64,000 bases of DNA from Candidatus Pseudothioglobus singularis. Its GTDB lineage: Bacteria; Pseudomonadota; Gammaproteobacteria; PS1; Pseudothioglobaceae. The notes under the pieces were generated by a model. The model was not told the origin of the DNA and did not search any database. It worked only from the letters and a program-made list of their open reading frames with translations. The stretch spans positions 158-64,157 of the forward strand of contig JAOGRV010000006.1 in the NCBI GenBank assembly GCA_028107545.1, in the 5' to 3' direction. Numbering within the stretch: position 1 is the stretch's first letter; each line of letters begins with the position of its first letter. The position numbers were made by a program, and so were the translations under genes. Positions 28,734-40,315 of the stretch are shown here, in pieces.

Positions 28734-30110
28734 ATGTTTAAAAGAATTTTTCTATCTGTATTTGTTGTTTCATCTTTCAACGTTAGTGCTATAACGTTGG
28801 ATGATTTCAGTACTCAACTTGTTGAAAGTCACCCTTATTTCGTTCAGTTATCCCTCTCAGAAAAAACGAGTCTAATCAATCAGAAGTCACTTTCTATTTA
28901 TACAGATTGGAACATTAATGCAGGTGCAAGTGAAACATATACCGGGGGTGATGATTCAGCTTCAAGGCTTTACGACGACCTCTACTCAACTAAATACGAA
29001 ATTGGTGCAAACAGAAAAGTTTCACATTCAGGCGCAACTGTCAATTTAAAGCATTCACTGACTCGAAATGATAAGGACAGTAATGCGACGCATTCAAACC
29101 TTTTTTCAATTACCTACGCAAGGCCCTTACTTCAGAACAAGGATGGTCTTAACGACAAACTTAATCTGGATCTTGCTTCTATCGATTTGATAGCTTTAAA
29201 GGTCAGTCTTGAAGAGCAGGCGGAAAATTTTCTAGCATCCAAGCTATCTAAATTTGTTGATTTGGCTTTAAAGCAAGAAGTGGTTAAAAAACACAAAATT
29301 GCACTCGAATTATCCAAGGAGCAACTCAATCTCGCAGAAGATAAATTTAAAAATTCTCTCATAGATATAACTGTCCTTATTCAAGAAAAAGATAATTATG
29401 TGAAAGCAAGACAACAATCGCTTCAATCTAATAAGGAGCTCATTATTGAGAGGCGTGAGCTTGCTGATTTAATAGGTGCTAAAGAGTCTGACATGATCGT
29501 TGAGATGGATTTATTTAAGGAGCAATCGTTAAGTGATGTAAACCCTAGAGAGTTTGTGAAAAATTCTAGAGCTATTCAAAAGTTTGATTTTGATAAAGCT
29601 AAGCTTCAAAGAGAGCTTCAGTCACAAGAAAATAAAACAATGCCAAATGTTAATCTGAATCTAGGGCTTTCATCTCTTGGTGAAAACGACAAGGTTTTTG
29701 GTAGCTTTGGTAATAGAGATTATTCATGGAATGTTGGGGTAGATGTCTCTTACCCACTCGGCTCACGAAAAGAGCTTCTCGCAGTTGAAAATACTGAAAT
29801 AAAGATGTCGGATATTGAGGCAAAAAAACGTGAAGCTGAAATTAATAGTATTCAACAAATTAATTATCTCCTAGCGCAGGTGGATTTATTAACTGAGCTT
29901 GTAGCACTTTATCTAGAGCAGGGTGCATTAGCTGAAGAAAAGGTTATAGAAGAGCAAATTAAATTCAGTGAGGCGAGGGGTCAGAAGTCATTAGTGCTTG
30001 CTGCAAAGAGCAGTGCAAACCTTGCAAACCTGACTTACCTTCAGGCAGCAGGAACATATCAAAAAATAGTTATTGATTACAAGGCAGCGATTGATCAACT
30101 TTATAACTAA
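28734..30110 (+). CDS. TolC-family outer membrane efflux protein
   Basis: Signal peptide, two repeated helical/beta units, PLL and VSYPLG motifs. Confidence 0.8.
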   Translation: MFKRIFLSVFVVSSFNVSAITLDDFSTQLVESHPYFVQLSLSEKTSLINQKSLSIYTDWNINAGASETYTGGDDSASRLYDDLYSTKYEIGANRKVSHSGATVNLKHSLTRNDKDSNATHSNLFSITYARPLLQNKDGLNDKLNLDLASIDLIALKVSLEEQAENFLASKLSKFVDLALKQEVVKKHKIALELSKEQLNLAEDKFKNSLIDITVLIQEKDNYVKARQQSLQSNKELIIERRELADLIGAKESDMIVEMDLFKEQSLSDVNPREFVKNSRAIQKFDFDKAKLQRELQSQENKTMPNVNLNLGLSSLGENDKVFGSFGNRDYSWNVGVDVSYPLGSRKELLAVENTEIKMSDIEAKKREAEINSIQQINYLLAQVDLLTELVALYLEQGALAEEKVIEEQIKFSEARGQKSLVLAAKSSANLANLTYLQAAGTYQKIVIDYKAAIDQLYN

Positions 30111-30112
30111 AA

Positions 30113-30955
30113 ATGATTCGCCTCTTTCTAGCCTTTACTTCTTTTTTGCCACTAAAGACTAACCATTCGTTTGGTTCTTTTATTGGTTATCTTCTATATT
30201 TATTTAATTCAGAAGCAAAAAGTGTTTCAAAACAAAACTTAGAGATTTGTTTTCCAAGTTTGAGTGAATTGGAACTTAAGTCACTTTTAAAAAAAGTATT
30301 AACTGAAACAGGTAAAGGATTGACTGAGTCTGGCCTCATATGGAATCAAAACTTTACAGATAATGCAAAGCTCGTTAGAAATATTAATGGTGAGCACTAT
30401 CTTGACAGTTCAAAAAAAACAATTCTGTTAGTTCCTCACATAGGTTGTTGGGAAATAACAGGCAGGGTTCTTGCTGAAAAAAGAAATGTGACCTTTATGT
30501 ATAGGCCTCTCAGGAGTAATAAGCAGAATGAATACTTGTTTTCTAGAAGAAATCAAGGCAATCTAACAATGGCTAGTGCAGATAAGCTTGGAATCTTAAA
30601 AATCCAAAGGGCGCTTAACAATGGCGATTTAGTTGGGATGCTTCCTGATCAAGACCCAGGTAAAGAGGGTGGCTTAATGGTTCCTTTTTTTGGAAAGATG
30701 GTTAATACAATGACTTTGCTTGCAAGAATAGCTAAAAAACAGAATGCACAGGTCTTGATGTTTTGGGCTGAGAGACTTGTTGATGGCCAAGGTTATGATT
30801 TAAATATAGAGCCAGTTGATCTTAATGCAAATGGCGATAATTTAGAGGAAAGAGTAGGACAAATGAATCAGTCTATTGAGTCTCTTATTAGAAAGCAACC
30901 TGAACAGTACATGTGGAGTTACAGAAGATTTAAATCATCACACTCTTATATCTAA
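30113..30955 (+). CDS. Lipid A late acyltransferase (LpxL/HtrB family)
   Basis: PHIGCWE, LPDQ, VPFFG, PEQYMWSYRRFK. Confidence 0.9.
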   Translation: MIRLFLAFTSFLPLKTNHSFGSFIGYLLYLFNSEAKSVSKQNLEICFPSLSELELKSLLKKVLTETGKGLTESGLIWNQNFTDNAKLVRNINGEHYLDSSKKTILLVPHIGCWEITGRVLAEKRNVTFMYRPLRSNKQNEYLFSRRNQGNLTMASADKLGILKIQRALNNGDLVGMLPDQDPGKEGGLMVPFFGKMVNTMTLLARIAKKQNAQVLMFWAERLVDGQGYDLNIEPVDLNANGDNLEERVGQMNQSIESLIRKQPEQYMWSYRRFKSSHSYI

Positions 30956-31020
30956 TTGTTGTAATTGTTATTTCAATGCAGTGAAATCTCACTAGTTGCA
31001 ATAATGGTATAATTCTTTGC

Positions 31021-31695
31021 ATGAAAATTATCGAAGATGTGCGCAGCGTATTTGCTCGAGATCCTGCTGCAAGAAATGTATTTGAAGTATTAACTTGTTA
31101 TTCAGGCGTACAGGCAGTTTTATTCTATCGATTAACTCACTTTTTATGGCGTTATAGGTTTTATTGGCTAGCGCGATTTATCTCTACATTTGCACGCTGG
31201 GTAACGGGTATTGAAATTCATCCAGGCGCCGTTATTGGAAGGCGTTTTTTCATCGACCATGGTATGGGTGTTGTGATTGGCGAGACTGCAATCATTGGTG
31301 ATGATTGTATGCTTTATCACGGCGTAACTTTAGGAGGTACGACTTGGGACAAAGTAAAGCGTCATCCCACGCTAAAAAATGGCGTTGTTATAGGTGCAGG
31401 TGCCAAGATACTTGGACCTATAATACTTGGCGAAAATGTACGAGTTGGCTCTAACTCTGTTGTAGTTAGGTCGATTGATGATAACGAAACAGTTGTTGGA
31501 ATACCAGGCAGGATTGTAAGAAAGAAGGCGGAAGATGGAGACTCTTTCGATTCTTACGCGGCCAACTCCTCGGGGACATCTAATGACCCTACAATTCAGG
31601 CCGTTAATTCACTTATTGAGCGCCTCGCTGAGATGGAGGAAAGATTAGATAATGCAAGTCCTAAATCGAACTCTAATAATATTGAAAATAAGTAA
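31021..31695 (+). CDS. cysE: Serine O-acetyltransferase
   Basis: [28 protein letters not shown]. Confidence 0.96.
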   Translation: MKIIEDVRSVFARDPAARNVFEVLTCYSGVQAVLFYRLTHFLWRYRFYWLARFISTFARWVTGIEIHPGAVIGRRFFIDHGMGVVIGETAIIGDDCMLYHGVTLGGTTWDKVKRHPTLKNGVVIGAGAKILGPIILGENVRVGSNSVVVRSIDDNETVVGIPGRIVRKKAEDGDSFDSYAANSSGTSNDPTIQAVNSLIERLAEMEERLDNASPKSNSNNIENK

Positions 31696-31711
31696 GTTTT
31701 AGTTGAAATAA

Positions 31712-31745
31712 ATACTTGACTAAATTAGTTGGTTAATAGTATAAT
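31712..31745 (+). promoter_or_regulatory. iscR promoter with type-1 IscR site
   Basis: ATACTTGACTAAATTAGTTGGTTAA resembles the type-1 IscR box; TTGACT at 31716, TATAAT at 31740. Confidence 0.75.
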
Positions 31746-31772
31746 CTGTTTTTTATTTGGACAGAGATTCTT

Positions 31773-32201
31773 ATGCAATTAACCACTAAAGGAAGGTATG
31801 CGGTTACAGCTATGTTGGATTTAGCTTCTAACGAATCCACAAGGCCGGTTACCCTTGATATGATTTCACAAAGGCAAAATATTTCGCTCTCTTATCTTGA
31901 GCAGCTGTTTGCTAAACTTAGAAAAGCATCACTTGTCAAAAGTGTCAGAGGCCCTGGTGGTGGATATTTACTCAATGTCAATGCAGAAGAGGTTACTCTT
32001 ACTCAAATTATTGAAGCTGTTGATGAAAACATCGATCTTAGACGTTGTCATGGTTCAAAAGACTGCAATAGGGGAAAGCAATGTCTCTCTCATCACTTAT
32101 GGTGCGAAGTTAGTGATCAAATTAGAGGTTTTTTGAGTACTCGAAATCTTCAGCAAGTGATGGATGACTATCAACTCACCCAATCACTCAATGTCAATTA
32201 A
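31773..32201 (+). CDS. iscR: Fe-S cluster regulator IscR
   Basis: LTTKGRYAV, SYLEQLF, RGPGGGY, three Cys plus HxLW. Confidence 0.95.
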   Translation: MQLTTKGRYAVTAMLDLASNESTRPVTLDMISQRQNISLSYLEQLFAKLRKASLVKSVRGPGGGYLLNVNAEEVTLTQIIEAVDENIDLRRCHGSKDCNRGKQCLSHHLWCEVSDQIRGFLSTRNLQQVMDDYQLTQSLNVN

Positions 32202-32220
32202 TATTTAAAGGAATATATAC

Positions 32221-33435
32221 ATGCTTACACCAACATACATGGACTATTCATCAACGACCCCAGTTGATGCTCGCGTTGCCAAGAAAATGGCTAAATACCT
32301 AACTATGGAAGGAGATTTTGGTAATGCCGCTTCTCGCTCTCATTATTTTGGCTGGCAGGCAGAAAAGGCTGTTGATGAGGCTCGCTCTCAGGTCGCTGAT
32401 CTAGTAGGCGCCGATCCAAGAGAAATTGTTTGGACCTCAGGCGCTACAGAGTCTAACAACTTGGCTCTTAAAGGTATCGCTCATTTTTATCAGAAACGTG
32501 GCAAGCACATTATTACCCTTAAAACAGAACACAAGGCAGTCCTTGATACATGCCGTCAACTCGAAAGAGAGGGTTTCGAGGTTACTTATTTAGATCCTTT
32601 GCCTAATGGGTTATTAGATATAGATCACTTTAAGAAAACGATTAGAGAAGACACAATTCTCGCATCATTTATGCATGTCAATAACGAAATTGGCGTGATC
32701 CAAGATCTTCAGACTATTGGTGATATTTGTAGGGAAAACAAAGTATTCTTCCATGTCGATGCAGCGCAGTCGGTTGGTAAGATTGAAATTGATTTGACAG
32801 CTCTTCCTGTTGATTTGATGAGTTTTTCAGCACATAAAATTTATGGTCCTAAGGGTATGGGAGCGCTATATGTGTCAAGAAAACCCAGAGTTCGTCTTGA
32901 GGCCCAAATCCATGGCGGTGGTCATGAGCGCGGAATGCGCTCTGGAACATTAGCAACCCATCAAATAGTTGGAATGGGTGAGGCATTTGCGATTGCTAAA
33001 GCTGAGATGAAAGAGGAGCACGCCAGAACACTCAAACTAAGGCAAAGGCTCTATGCCGGTTTTTCAGATATGGAGGAGGTTGTTGTTAATGGTGATCTTG
33101 ATCAAAGGATTGCAGGCAATCTAAATATAAGTTTTAATTACGTTGAGGGTGAGTCTCTTATGATGGCTATCTCTGATGTTGCGGTCTCATCTGGATCTGC
33201 TTGCACATCTTCTAGCCTTGAGCCTTCATATGTTCTTCGTGCTCTTGGTCTGAGTGATGAATTAGCGCATAGCTCGATTCGTTTCAGTGTTGGAAGATAC
33301 ACTACAGAAAAAGATGTCGATGATGCGATTACTCTTGTAAGAGAGAAAGTTGAAAAATTAAGAGATTTGTCTCCTTTATGGGATATGTTCAAAGATGGTA
33401 TCGATTTAAATTCAGTGGAGTGGGCTGCTCACTAA
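32221..33435 (+). CDS. iscS: Cysteine desulfurase
   Basis: [19 protein letters not shown]-terminal EWAAH. Confidence 0.97.
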   Translation: MLTPTYMDYSSTTPVDARVAKKMAKYLTMEGDFGNAASRSHYFGWQAEKAVDEARSQVADLVGADPREIVWTSGATESNNLALKGIAHFYQKRGKHIITLKTEHKAVLDTCRQLEREGFEVTYLDPLPNGLLDIDHFKKTIREDTILASFMHVNNEIGVIQDLQTIGDICRENKVFFHVDAAQSVGKIEIDLTALPVDLMSFSAHKIYGPKGMGALYVSRKPRVRLEAQIHGGGHERGMRSGTLATHQIVGMGEAFAIAKAEMKEEHARTLKLRQRLYAGFSDMEEVVVNGDLDQRIAGNLNISFNYVEGESLMMAISDVAVSSGSACTSSSLEPSYVLRALGLSDELAHSSIRFSVGRYTTEKDVDDAITLVREKVEKLRDLSPLWDMFKDGIDLNSVEWAAH

Positions 33436-33502
33436 ATTAAGAGATATTTAAAATCTACAGCAAGCTGTAGCGTAAAATTGTCAGTTAAATTCGGAGTAAA
33501 TT

Positions 33503-33883
33503 ATGGCATATGGTAAAAAAGTTTTGGATCACTATGAAAACCCAAGAAACGTTGGGGTTCTAGATAAAGATGCAAGCAATGTAGGTACTGGTATGGTTGG
33601 TGCGCCAGCTTGTGGTGATGTAATGCGACTTCAGATTCAGGTTAATGATGATGGTGTTATTGAAGAAGCTAAGTTTAAAACTTATGGCTGTGGCTCTGCA
33701 ATTGCTTCATCTTCCCTTTTAACAGAATGGGTTAAAGGAAAGACTTTGGATGAGGCGTCACAAATTAAAAATACAGAAATTGTTGAAGAGTTAGAGTTGC
33801 CACCGGTAAAAATTCATTGCTCGGTGTTGGCTGAAGATGCAATTAAAGCAGCAATTAATGATTTAAAGAGCAAGGCTAACTAA
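33503..33883 (+). CDS. iscU: Fe-S scaffold IscU
   Basis: APACGD, GCGSA, LPPVKIHC. Confidence 0.97.
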   Translation: MAYGKKVLDHYENPRNVGVLDKDASNVGTGMVGAPACGDVMRLQIQVNDDGVIEEAKFKTYGCGSAIASSSLLTEWVKGKTLDEASQIKNTEIVEELELPPVKIHCSVLAEDAIKAAINDLKSKAN

Positions 33884-33886
33884 TCA

Positions 33887-34210
33887 ATGGCAATAACGTT
33901 AACAAGTAAAGCAGCAGAGCGTATGAACGACTACCTTGCTAATCGCGGCTCAGGTGTTGGAGTCAGGCTCTCTGTTCAAACAACAGGGTGCTCAGGCCTA
34001 GGTTACAACATGGAGTTTGTTGATGCTGTTAATGAAGACGATACAACCTTTGATGACAAGGGCGTTAAGGTGATTGTAGACGCTAAAAGTCTTATTTATA
34101 TTGATGGTACTGAAGTTGATTACCAAAAAGAAGGCCTCAACGAAGGCTTTGAATTTAACAATCCAAACTCGAAAGCAGAGTGTGGCTGTGGTGAGTCCTT
34201 TACCGTTTAA
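33887..34210 (+). CDS. iscA: A-type Fe-S carrier IscA
   Basis: GCSG, CGCGESF. Confidence 0.95.
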   Translation: MAITLTSKAAERMNDYLANRGSGVGVRLSVQTTGCSGLGYNMEFVDAVNEDDTTFDDKGVKVIVDAKSLIYIDGTEVDYQKEGLNEGFEFNNPNSKAECGCGESFTV

Positions 34211-34243
34211 ATAGTTTTATTGGGTCACTAGGACATTGACTTT

Positions 34244-34759
34244 ATGCAAAATTACTTTGAGTTATTTGATCTCGAGACCTCCTTCTTTATTAGTGACTCC
34301 AGTCTAAAGGATTCATATCGCAGAGAGATTGCCCGCTTTCATCCTGATAAATACGCTTCAAAAACAGACTCTGAAAAATTACAGGCACTTCAAAATACCT
34401 CGCTTTTAAATACAGCTTTTGAGTCGATTAAATCTCCACTGAATAGAGCAAGCTATCTGCTTAAGCTTGATGGAATAGATCCTTTTGATGAAAAAGATAC
34501 CTCTATGGCTCATGACTTTCTAATATCACAGATTGATTTGCGTGAAGAGCTTGAGGTGATTGAATCAAAGACAGATTCAGATCAATTAGAAGATTTTATA
34601 TTGAGAGTAGAGTCTCATATTCAATCTAAGGTAGAATCAATCTCTAATGCATTTCAAGTTAACATCGATAGATTGCAGATTAAAAAAGATGTCAGAGAAC
34701 TCAAGTTCTATGAGCAGCTAGCAAAAGAGTCTGGCAAGCTACTAGATGAATGGTTATAA
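34244..34759 (+). CDS. hscB: Co-chaperone HscB
   Basis: NYFELF, HPD J-domain, RASYLL; position in the operon. Confidence 0.92.
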   Translation: MQNYFELFDLETSFFISDSSLKDSYRREIARFHPDKYASKTDSEKLQALQNTSLLNTAFESIKSPLNRASYLLKLDGIDPFDEKDTSMAHDFLISQIDLREELEVIESKTDSDQLEDFILRVESHIQSKVESISNAFQVNIDRLQIKKDVRELKFYEQLAKESGKLLDEWL

Positions 34760-34770
34760 GGACTTAATAG

Positions 34771-36624
34771 ATGGCACTGTTACAAATTTCTGAGCCCGGA
34801 CAATCAACGGCTCCCCATCGCCATAATTTAGCCTGCGGCATTGACTTGGGAACCACAAATTCGTTGGTTGCGAGTGTGATGAGCGGTGAAACAAAGCTTT
34901 TGCCTGATACTAATGGTGATTCAATGCTGCCATCTGTTGTCCATTGCGGCATTAATGAAATGAGCGTTGGAGTTGAGGCTCTTGCCCATGCAACAAGTGA
35001 TCCGGTGAATACAATCTCTTCGATTAAGCGTTTTATGGGTATTAGTTTTAATGAGGCCCAGTCGATTAAAAATCTCCCTTATGATTTAGTTGATCAAGAT
35101 GGAGGCGCTGTATTTAAAACAGCAATGGGTGAGCTCTCTGCAGTTGAGATTTCAGCGAAAATACTCTCAAGCCTTAAGAAAAGAGCTGAAGATGCCCTTG
35201 GTGATGAACTTAAAGGCGCAGTCATTACCGTTCCTGCCTACTTTAACGATGCGCAAAGGCAATCTACAAAGGATGCAGCTAAGCTTGCTGGTATTGATGT
35301 CTTAAGGCTTCTTAATGAGCCAACAGCTGCCGCAATCGCTTATGGTTTAGAGTCAAAAGAAGAGGGAATACATGCGGTCTATGATTTAGGGGGTGGGACC
35401 TTTGATATTTCAATCTTAAGCTTTAATAGAGGCGTTTTTGAAGTCTTGTCTACAGGCGGTGATTCGAGCTTAGGGGGCGATGATTTTGACAACCTAATTT
35501 TTGAAGATTGCGTCAAATCACTAAACCTTAAAGATTTGAGTGCATCACAAATTCAAGTCATCAGGCAACTTTCAAAATCTGCAAAAGAGGGTCTCTCCGT
35601 GAGTGATAGCGCTGAATTTGAACTGGGTGATCAACACTATAAAATAACTCAATCTCAATTTAAAGTCTTGTCTGAAAAGCTTGTTAAAAGAACCCTTCAA
35701 ATCACAAAAAGAGCTCTCAGAGATGCTGAGATTAATGCTTCTGATGTCAAAGAAGTCATTATGGTTGGTGGTTCAACCCGAATGAACATCATTAGAGAGC
35801 GCGTTAGTGAAGTGTTTGAAAAGCCAGTACTCTGCTCGATTAATCCCGATGAGGTGGTCGCCAAGGGCGCTGCAATCCAGGCGAATATTTTGGCTGGTAA
35901 CAAAAGTAAAGATGATGTCTTATTGCTCGATGTACTTCCTTTATCGTTAGGACTCGAGACAATGGGCGGTCTCGTTGAGAAAGTTATTCATAGAAACACA
36001 ACAATCCCAATCACAAGGGCCCAAGAATTTACGACCTATAAAGATGGGCAGACTGGAATGGGTATTCATGTATTTCAAGGGGAAAGAGAACTTACAAAGG
36101 ATTGCCGTTCACTGGGACGTTTTGAGCTTAAAGGGATTCCTCCTATGGTTGCTGGGCGCGCAAGAATCTTAGTTGAGTTTCAGGTGGATGCAGATGGCCT
36201 ATTATCAGTCTCCGCCCAAGAGGAGACCTCAGGCGTTAAATCTGAGATAGAAATCAAGCCCTCATTCGGCCTGAGTGATAAGGATATGGAAAAAATGCTC
36301 AAAGACTCTGTCGTCTTTGCCCAGGAAGATATCTTATTAAGGCAACTCCAAGAGCAAAGAGTCGATGCAACAAGGACAATTGAGGCCATAGATGCAGCGC
36401 TTGAAGCAGATCAATCACTACTCGATGAAGAAATGTTAGCCTCTATTAAGGGTGCGAGACAAAGCTTATCCTTGCTTGTTGAATCTAAAGATGCAGCAAT
36501 TATCAAAGAGGCTACACTAGAACTTGAAAATGTCAGCGCTAAATTCGTTGAAATGAGAATGAACAAATCAATCATGAGCGCAATGAAAGGCCACAGAATT
36601 GATGAATTTAATGAACAACTATAA
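34771..36624 (+). CDS. hscA: Hsp70 chaperone HscA
   Basis: [29 protein letters not shown]. Confidence 0.96.
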   Translation: MALLQISEPGQSTAPHRHNLACGIDLGTTNSLVASVMSGETKLLPDTNGDSMLPSVVHCGINEMSVGVEALAHATSDPVNTISSIKRFMGISFNEAQSIKNLPYDLVDQDGGAVFKTAMGELSAVEISAKILSSLKKRAEDALGDELKGAVITVPAYFNDAQRQSTKDAAKLAGIDVLRLLNEPTAAAIAYGLESKEEGIHAVYDLGGGTFDISILSFNRGVFEVLSTGGDSSLGGDDFDNLIFEDCVKSLNLKDLSASQIQVIRQLSKSAKEGLSVSDSAEFELGDQHYKITQSQFKVLSEKLVKRTLQITKRALRDAEINASDVKEVIMVGGSTRMNIIRERVSEVFEKPVLCSINPDEVVAKGAAIQANILAGNKSKDDVLLLDVLPLSLGLETMGGLVEKVIHRNTTIPITRAQEFTTYKDGQTGMGIHVFQGERELTKDCRSLGRFELKGIPPMVAGRARILVEFQVDADGLLSVSAQEETSGVKSEIEIKPSFGLSDKDMEKMLKDSVVFAQEDILLRQLQEQRVDATRTIEAIDAALEADQSLLDEEMLASIKGARQSLSLLVESKDAAIIKEATLELENVSAKFVEMRMNKSIMSAMKGHRIDEFNEQL

Positions 36625-36633
36625 AATACTAAT

Positions 36634-36972
36634 ATGCCGCAACTAATTATCCTTCCCAACGATGAATTTTGCCCTGAAGGGATTGTTATTGAAACGAATC
36701 CTGGAACCAGTGTCTGCAGAGCGCTTCTTGATAACGGAATCGAAATAGAGCATGCATGCGAGATGTCGAATGCTTGTACCACCTGCCATGTCTATGTTCG
36801 TGAAGGCTTTGACACTATTGAAGAGTCAGACGAGATTGAGGATGATCTCTTAGATAAAGCGTGGGGATTAGACCCAGACTCAAGGCTTTCTTGTCAGGCC
36901 ATTGTCTCAGAGGATGATTTAGTTATTGAGATACCTAAGTACACCATTAATCAGGTGTCAGAGAACCACTGA
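36634..36972 (+). CDS. fdx: ISC 2Fe-2S ferredoxin
   Basis: HACEMSNACTTCH, SRLSCQ. Confidence 0.95.
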   Translation: MPQLIILPNDEFCPEGIVIETNPGTSVCRALLDNGIEIEHACEMSNACTTCHVYVREGFDTIEESDEIEDDLLDKAWGLDPDSRLSCQAIVSEDDLVIEIPKYTINQVSENH

Positions 36973-36976
36973 ACCT

Positions 36977-38056
36977 TTACTCAATCGTAATCTTTGGAAA
37001 AGCGCCAACTGACTCGTTTTTGAGTGACAGTATTCCAGCAACTTTTCTAGCAATCTCTTGGTAAATATCTGTCACCTGACTATCAGGATCTTTAGCAACG
37101 CTTGGCGTGCCTTCATCCACATCCGTTCTAATGTCTAACTGAAGTGGCAGAGCACCTAAAAAATTAGTTTTTGAGTCAACAGCCATATCCTTTCCGCCAC
37201 CATGACCAAAGATCTCTTCAGCATGACCACACTTTGAGCAGATATGAATTGACATATTTTCAACAATACCTAGTATAGGTATATTGACCTTTTCAAACAT
37301 CGCAAGACCTTTCTGAGCATCAATGAGCGCAATGTCTTGAGGTGTAGTTACAATTACTGCGCCACTCACTGGAATTTTTTGAGAAAGGGTTAGCTGGGTG
37401 TCACCCGTCCCAGGCGGCATATCAATGATCATATAGTCAACATCTTCCCATTCAGTATTCTTTAGAAGCTGTTCTAATGCCTGGGTAACCATAGGGCCAC
37501 GCCAAACCATAGGTGAGGCTTCATCAACCAAAAAACCAATCGACATAGATTGTAAACCATGAGCCATAACAGGCTTCATATTGCCGCCTTCAGACTCTTG
37601 GGGCCTAAGATCTTTGACGCCTAGCATGCGCGGCTGAGAGGGTCCATAAATGTCCGCATCGAGTATTGCAACATTAGCACCTTCAGACTTGAGGGCTAGT
37701 GCAAGATTCACCGCTGTGGTTGATTTACCAACGCCTCCTTTGCCTGAAGCTACAGCAATAATATTCTTGACGCCAGGAAGGGCTTCGACGCCTTGCGTCT
37801 CATGCGATGGGATTTTAGAGTTAATTGAAATATTAGAATAGTTGACGCCTTCTTTTGAAAGAGCCTCCTCTACAACTCCTTTAAGTTCTTCATGAAAGTT
37901 GGCAGCAGGGTATTTAAGTAGAAGTTCAACGTTAACGATTTCATCATCGACCGAAATATTCTTTACATTGTCAGAGGACACAAGATCTTTTCCAGTGTTC
38001 TCATCAATTACTGTGCTCATAATAGATTGAATTTTATCTTCAGTTAAAGTTGTCAA
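36977..38056 (-). CDS. apbC: Mrp/ApbC Fe-S carrier ATPase
   Basis: SGKGGVGKST, DADIYGPS, DMPPGTGD, CSKC. Confidence 0.93.
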   Translation of the reverse strand: MTTLTEDKIQSIMSTVIDENTGKDLVSSDNVKNISVDDEIVNVELLLKYPAANFHEELKGVVEEALSKEGVNYSNISINSKIPSHETQGVEALPGVKNIIAVASGKGGVGKSTTAVNLALALKSEGANVAILDADIYGPSQPRMLGVKDLRPQESEGGNMKPVMAHGLQSMSIGFLVDEASPMVWRGPMVTQALEQLLKNTEWEDVDYMIIDMPPGTGDTQLTLSQKIPVSGAVIVTTPQDIALIDAQKGLAMFEKVNIPILGIVENMSIHICSKCGHAEEIFGHGGGKDMAVDSKTNFLGALPLQLDIRTDVDEGTPSVAKDPDSQVTDIYQEIARKVAGILSLKNESVGAFPKITIE

Positions 38057-38146
38057 TTTGATGACCTCGGTCGGTAAAATAGCAATATTTTATCGTACAA
38101 CTACCCTACAAATCCTTATTTATATTGGGATTATTGATGACTATTT

Positions 38147-39787
38147 ATGGCTAAACGTAGAATCTTAGTTACTTCAGCACTCCCTTATGCTAATGGAGAC
38201 CTTCATCTGGGGTATATGTTGGAAGTCATCCAAACCGATATCTGGGTTCGCTTTCAAAAGATGCAAGGCAATGACTGTTACTACGTGTGCGCAGACGACA
38301 CCCATGGAACTCCTATCATGCTTAAAGCTGATGAAATGGGAATTACACCCGAAGAGCTTATTGCTTCAGTTAGTGAGCGGCATCAAGCAGATTTGAATGA
38401 TTTTCATATTGATTTTAGTCAGTATCACTCAACTCATTCAGAGGAGAATCGTGAAATTTCTGAATTGATCTACAATCGTCTTAATGAGTCTGGTTATATT
38501 AAGAAAAGAGTCATTTCACAGTCTTTCGATCCAGAGAAGGAGATGTTTTTACCAGATCGTTATATTAAGGGAGATTGTCCTAAGTGCGATGCAAAAGATC
38601 AGTATGGAGATAACTGTGAGGTATGCGGAGCTACCTACTCAACCACTGAAATAAATAATGCAAGATCGGTAATATCTGGGGCAAAACCAATTGAGAAGGA
38701 TTCAGAGCACTACTTTTTTGATTTGCCGCAGTTTGAAAAGGAATTGAAAAATTGGACTAAGGCTGGACATCTTCAGGAACAGGTAAGTAACAAGTTGGCA
38801 GAATGGTTTGATCAGGGCCTTCAGCAGTGGGATATTTCAAGAGATAAGCCATATTTTGGTTTTAAGATTCCTGGAACCGAAGACAAGTACTTTTACGTTT
38901 GGTTAGATGCTCCAATAGGCTATATGGCAAGCTTTAAAAAGCTATGCGACAACTCTGAACTAGAGTTTGATGACTTCTTTGCAAAGGGATCTGATACTGA
39001 ACTTTATCATTTCATTGGTAAAGACATTGTCTACTTCCACGCTTTATTCTGGCCTGCAACATTAATGGGCTCTAACTTCAGAACGCCTAACGCTATATTT
39101 GCTCATGGGTTCTTGTCTGTAAATGGACAAAAGATGAGCAAGTCACGCGGCACCTTTATTTTAGCAAGAACCTACCTTGAGGCGCTAAATCCAGAATGTC
39201 TTCGTTACTACTATGCCTACAAGCTCTCATCTAGAATTGATGATATTGATCTGAATCTAGAAGACTTTAAGCAGCGCGTAAACTCTGATCTTGTTGGAAA
39301 AGTTGTCAATATTGCATCAAGAAGCGCTTCATTTGTTTTGAAAAAGTTTGATAAAGAACTCTCTAGTCATTGCATTGAACAGGGTCTTTATGATGAGTTT
39401 GTTGCTGCTAATACTGAGATAGCAGGGCACTATGAAGATAGAAACTATGGTCAAGCTATGAGGTCAATTATGAAGCTTGCAGACAAAGCCAATCAGTACA
39501 TTGATGAGAAAAAGCCATGGCAGCTTGCTAAAGAAGAAGGTAAGTCGCAAGAGGTTCATGAAATTACTTCACTAGCGATTAATCTCTTTAGAGTGCTTAT
39601 GACCTATTTGAAGCCTGTGCTTCCAGAGATGGCAGAAAAATCAGAGGAGTTTTTGAATATTGACTCTTTGAGCTGGAATGATATTAATAGTCCATTACTT
39701 GGTCATCAGATCAATAAATTCAAACCATTAATGACCCGCATCGAGGACGAACAAATAGAAGCAATGATAGAGTCCTCAAAAGGGTAA
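38147..39787 (+). CDS. metG: Methionine--tRNA ligase (short form)
   Basis: LPYANG.HLG, two CxxC knuckles, KMSKS. Confidence 0.96.
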   Translation: MAKRRILVTSALPYANGDLHLGYMLEVIQTDIWVRFQKMQGNDCYYVCADDTHGTPIMLKADEMGITPEELIASVSERHQADLNDFHIDFSQYHSTHSEENREISELIYNRLNESGYIKKRVISQSFDPEKEMFLPDRYIKGDCPKCDAKDQYGDNCEVCGATYSTTEINNARSVISGAKPIEKDSEHYFFDLPQFEKELKNWTKAGHLQEQVSNKLAEWFDQGLQQWDISRDKPYFGFKIPGTEDKYFYVWLDAPIGYMASFKKLCDNSELEFDDFFAKGSDTELYHFIGKDIVYFHALFWPATLMGSNFRTPNAIFAHGFLSVNGQKMSKSRGTFILARTYLEALNPECLRYYYAYKLSSRIDDIDLNLEDFKQRVNSDLVGKVVNIASRSASFVLKKFDKELSSHCIEQGLYDEFVAANTEIAGHYEDRNYGQAMRSIMKLADKANQYIDEKKPWQLAKEEGKSQEVHEITSLAINLFRVLMTYLKPVLPEMAEKSEEFLNIDSLSWNDINSPLLGHQINKFKPLMTRIEDEQIEAMIESSKG

Positions 39788-39802
39788 AAATTCAAAAGTA
39801 TT

Positions 39803-39890
39803 GGAGGGATGGCAGAGTGGTCGATCGCGCACGCTTGGAAAGCGTGTAAACCTCACGGTTTCATGGGTTCGAATCCCATTCCCTCCACCA
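39803..39890 (+). tRNA. tRNA-Ser(GGA)
   Basis: Acceptor stem GGAGGGA/TCCCTCC; anticodon arm CACGC-TTGGAAA-GCGTG; long variable arm AAACC-TCAC-GGTTT; T-loop TTCGAAT; encoded CCA. Confidence 0.95.
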
Positions 39891-39967
39891 CATATTGTTC
39901 TCACTGTATCTCACTCGTATTCATAAAGTCTTAAACAGATACTCCCTTTTATAAAAAATCACTCAAC

Positions 39968-39997
39968 TTGACCTAAATGAGGTGCTAGGTATATACT
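39968..39997 (+). promoter_or_regulatory. Sigma70-type promoter with dyad in the spacer
   Basis: TTGACC-N18-TATACT with ACCTA-N10-TAGGT dyad. Confidence 0.45.
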
Positions 39998-40046
39998 AAG
40001 TTTTGAAAGTCTTTAAAAATTTATTATTAAACTAAGGGGAAAAATA

Positions 40047-40307
40047 ATGAACACAATGGTAATGATTGAAATTAATAATGGAACATATGATGATTGGAAA
40101 CAAGGCTTTGATGACTTGGCTGACAAGAGAGCTGAGTTTTCAAAAAATGCAAAAGTAGGTAAGGTAGATGACAATACTGCTATCGTTGTCGTGGATGTCT
40201 TTGACCCGGCAGGAATGATGGCAATGTTTAACTCAGACGAAGCTAAAAAAATGGCAGAAGAGATGGGCGTAGTAAGAACACCCTATAAACTGCAAGCAAT
40301 GGGCTAG
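40047..40307 (+). CDS. Small alpha/beta-barrel-like protein (DUF3764-like)
   Basis: SD AAGGGG; YDDWKQGFD motif; 86 aa. Confidence 0.6.
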   Translation: MNTMVMIEINNGTYDDWKQGFDDLADKRAEFSKNAKVGKVDDNTAIVVVDVFDPAGMMAMFNSDEAKKMAEEMGVVRTPYKLQAMG

Positions 40308-40315
40308 GAGGTAAT

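Noticed and set aside
39860-39890. tRNA 3' end as att site of an intact prophage or integrative element
   Set aside because: No duplicated tRNA 3' segment, integrase or phage structural gene was found by eye.
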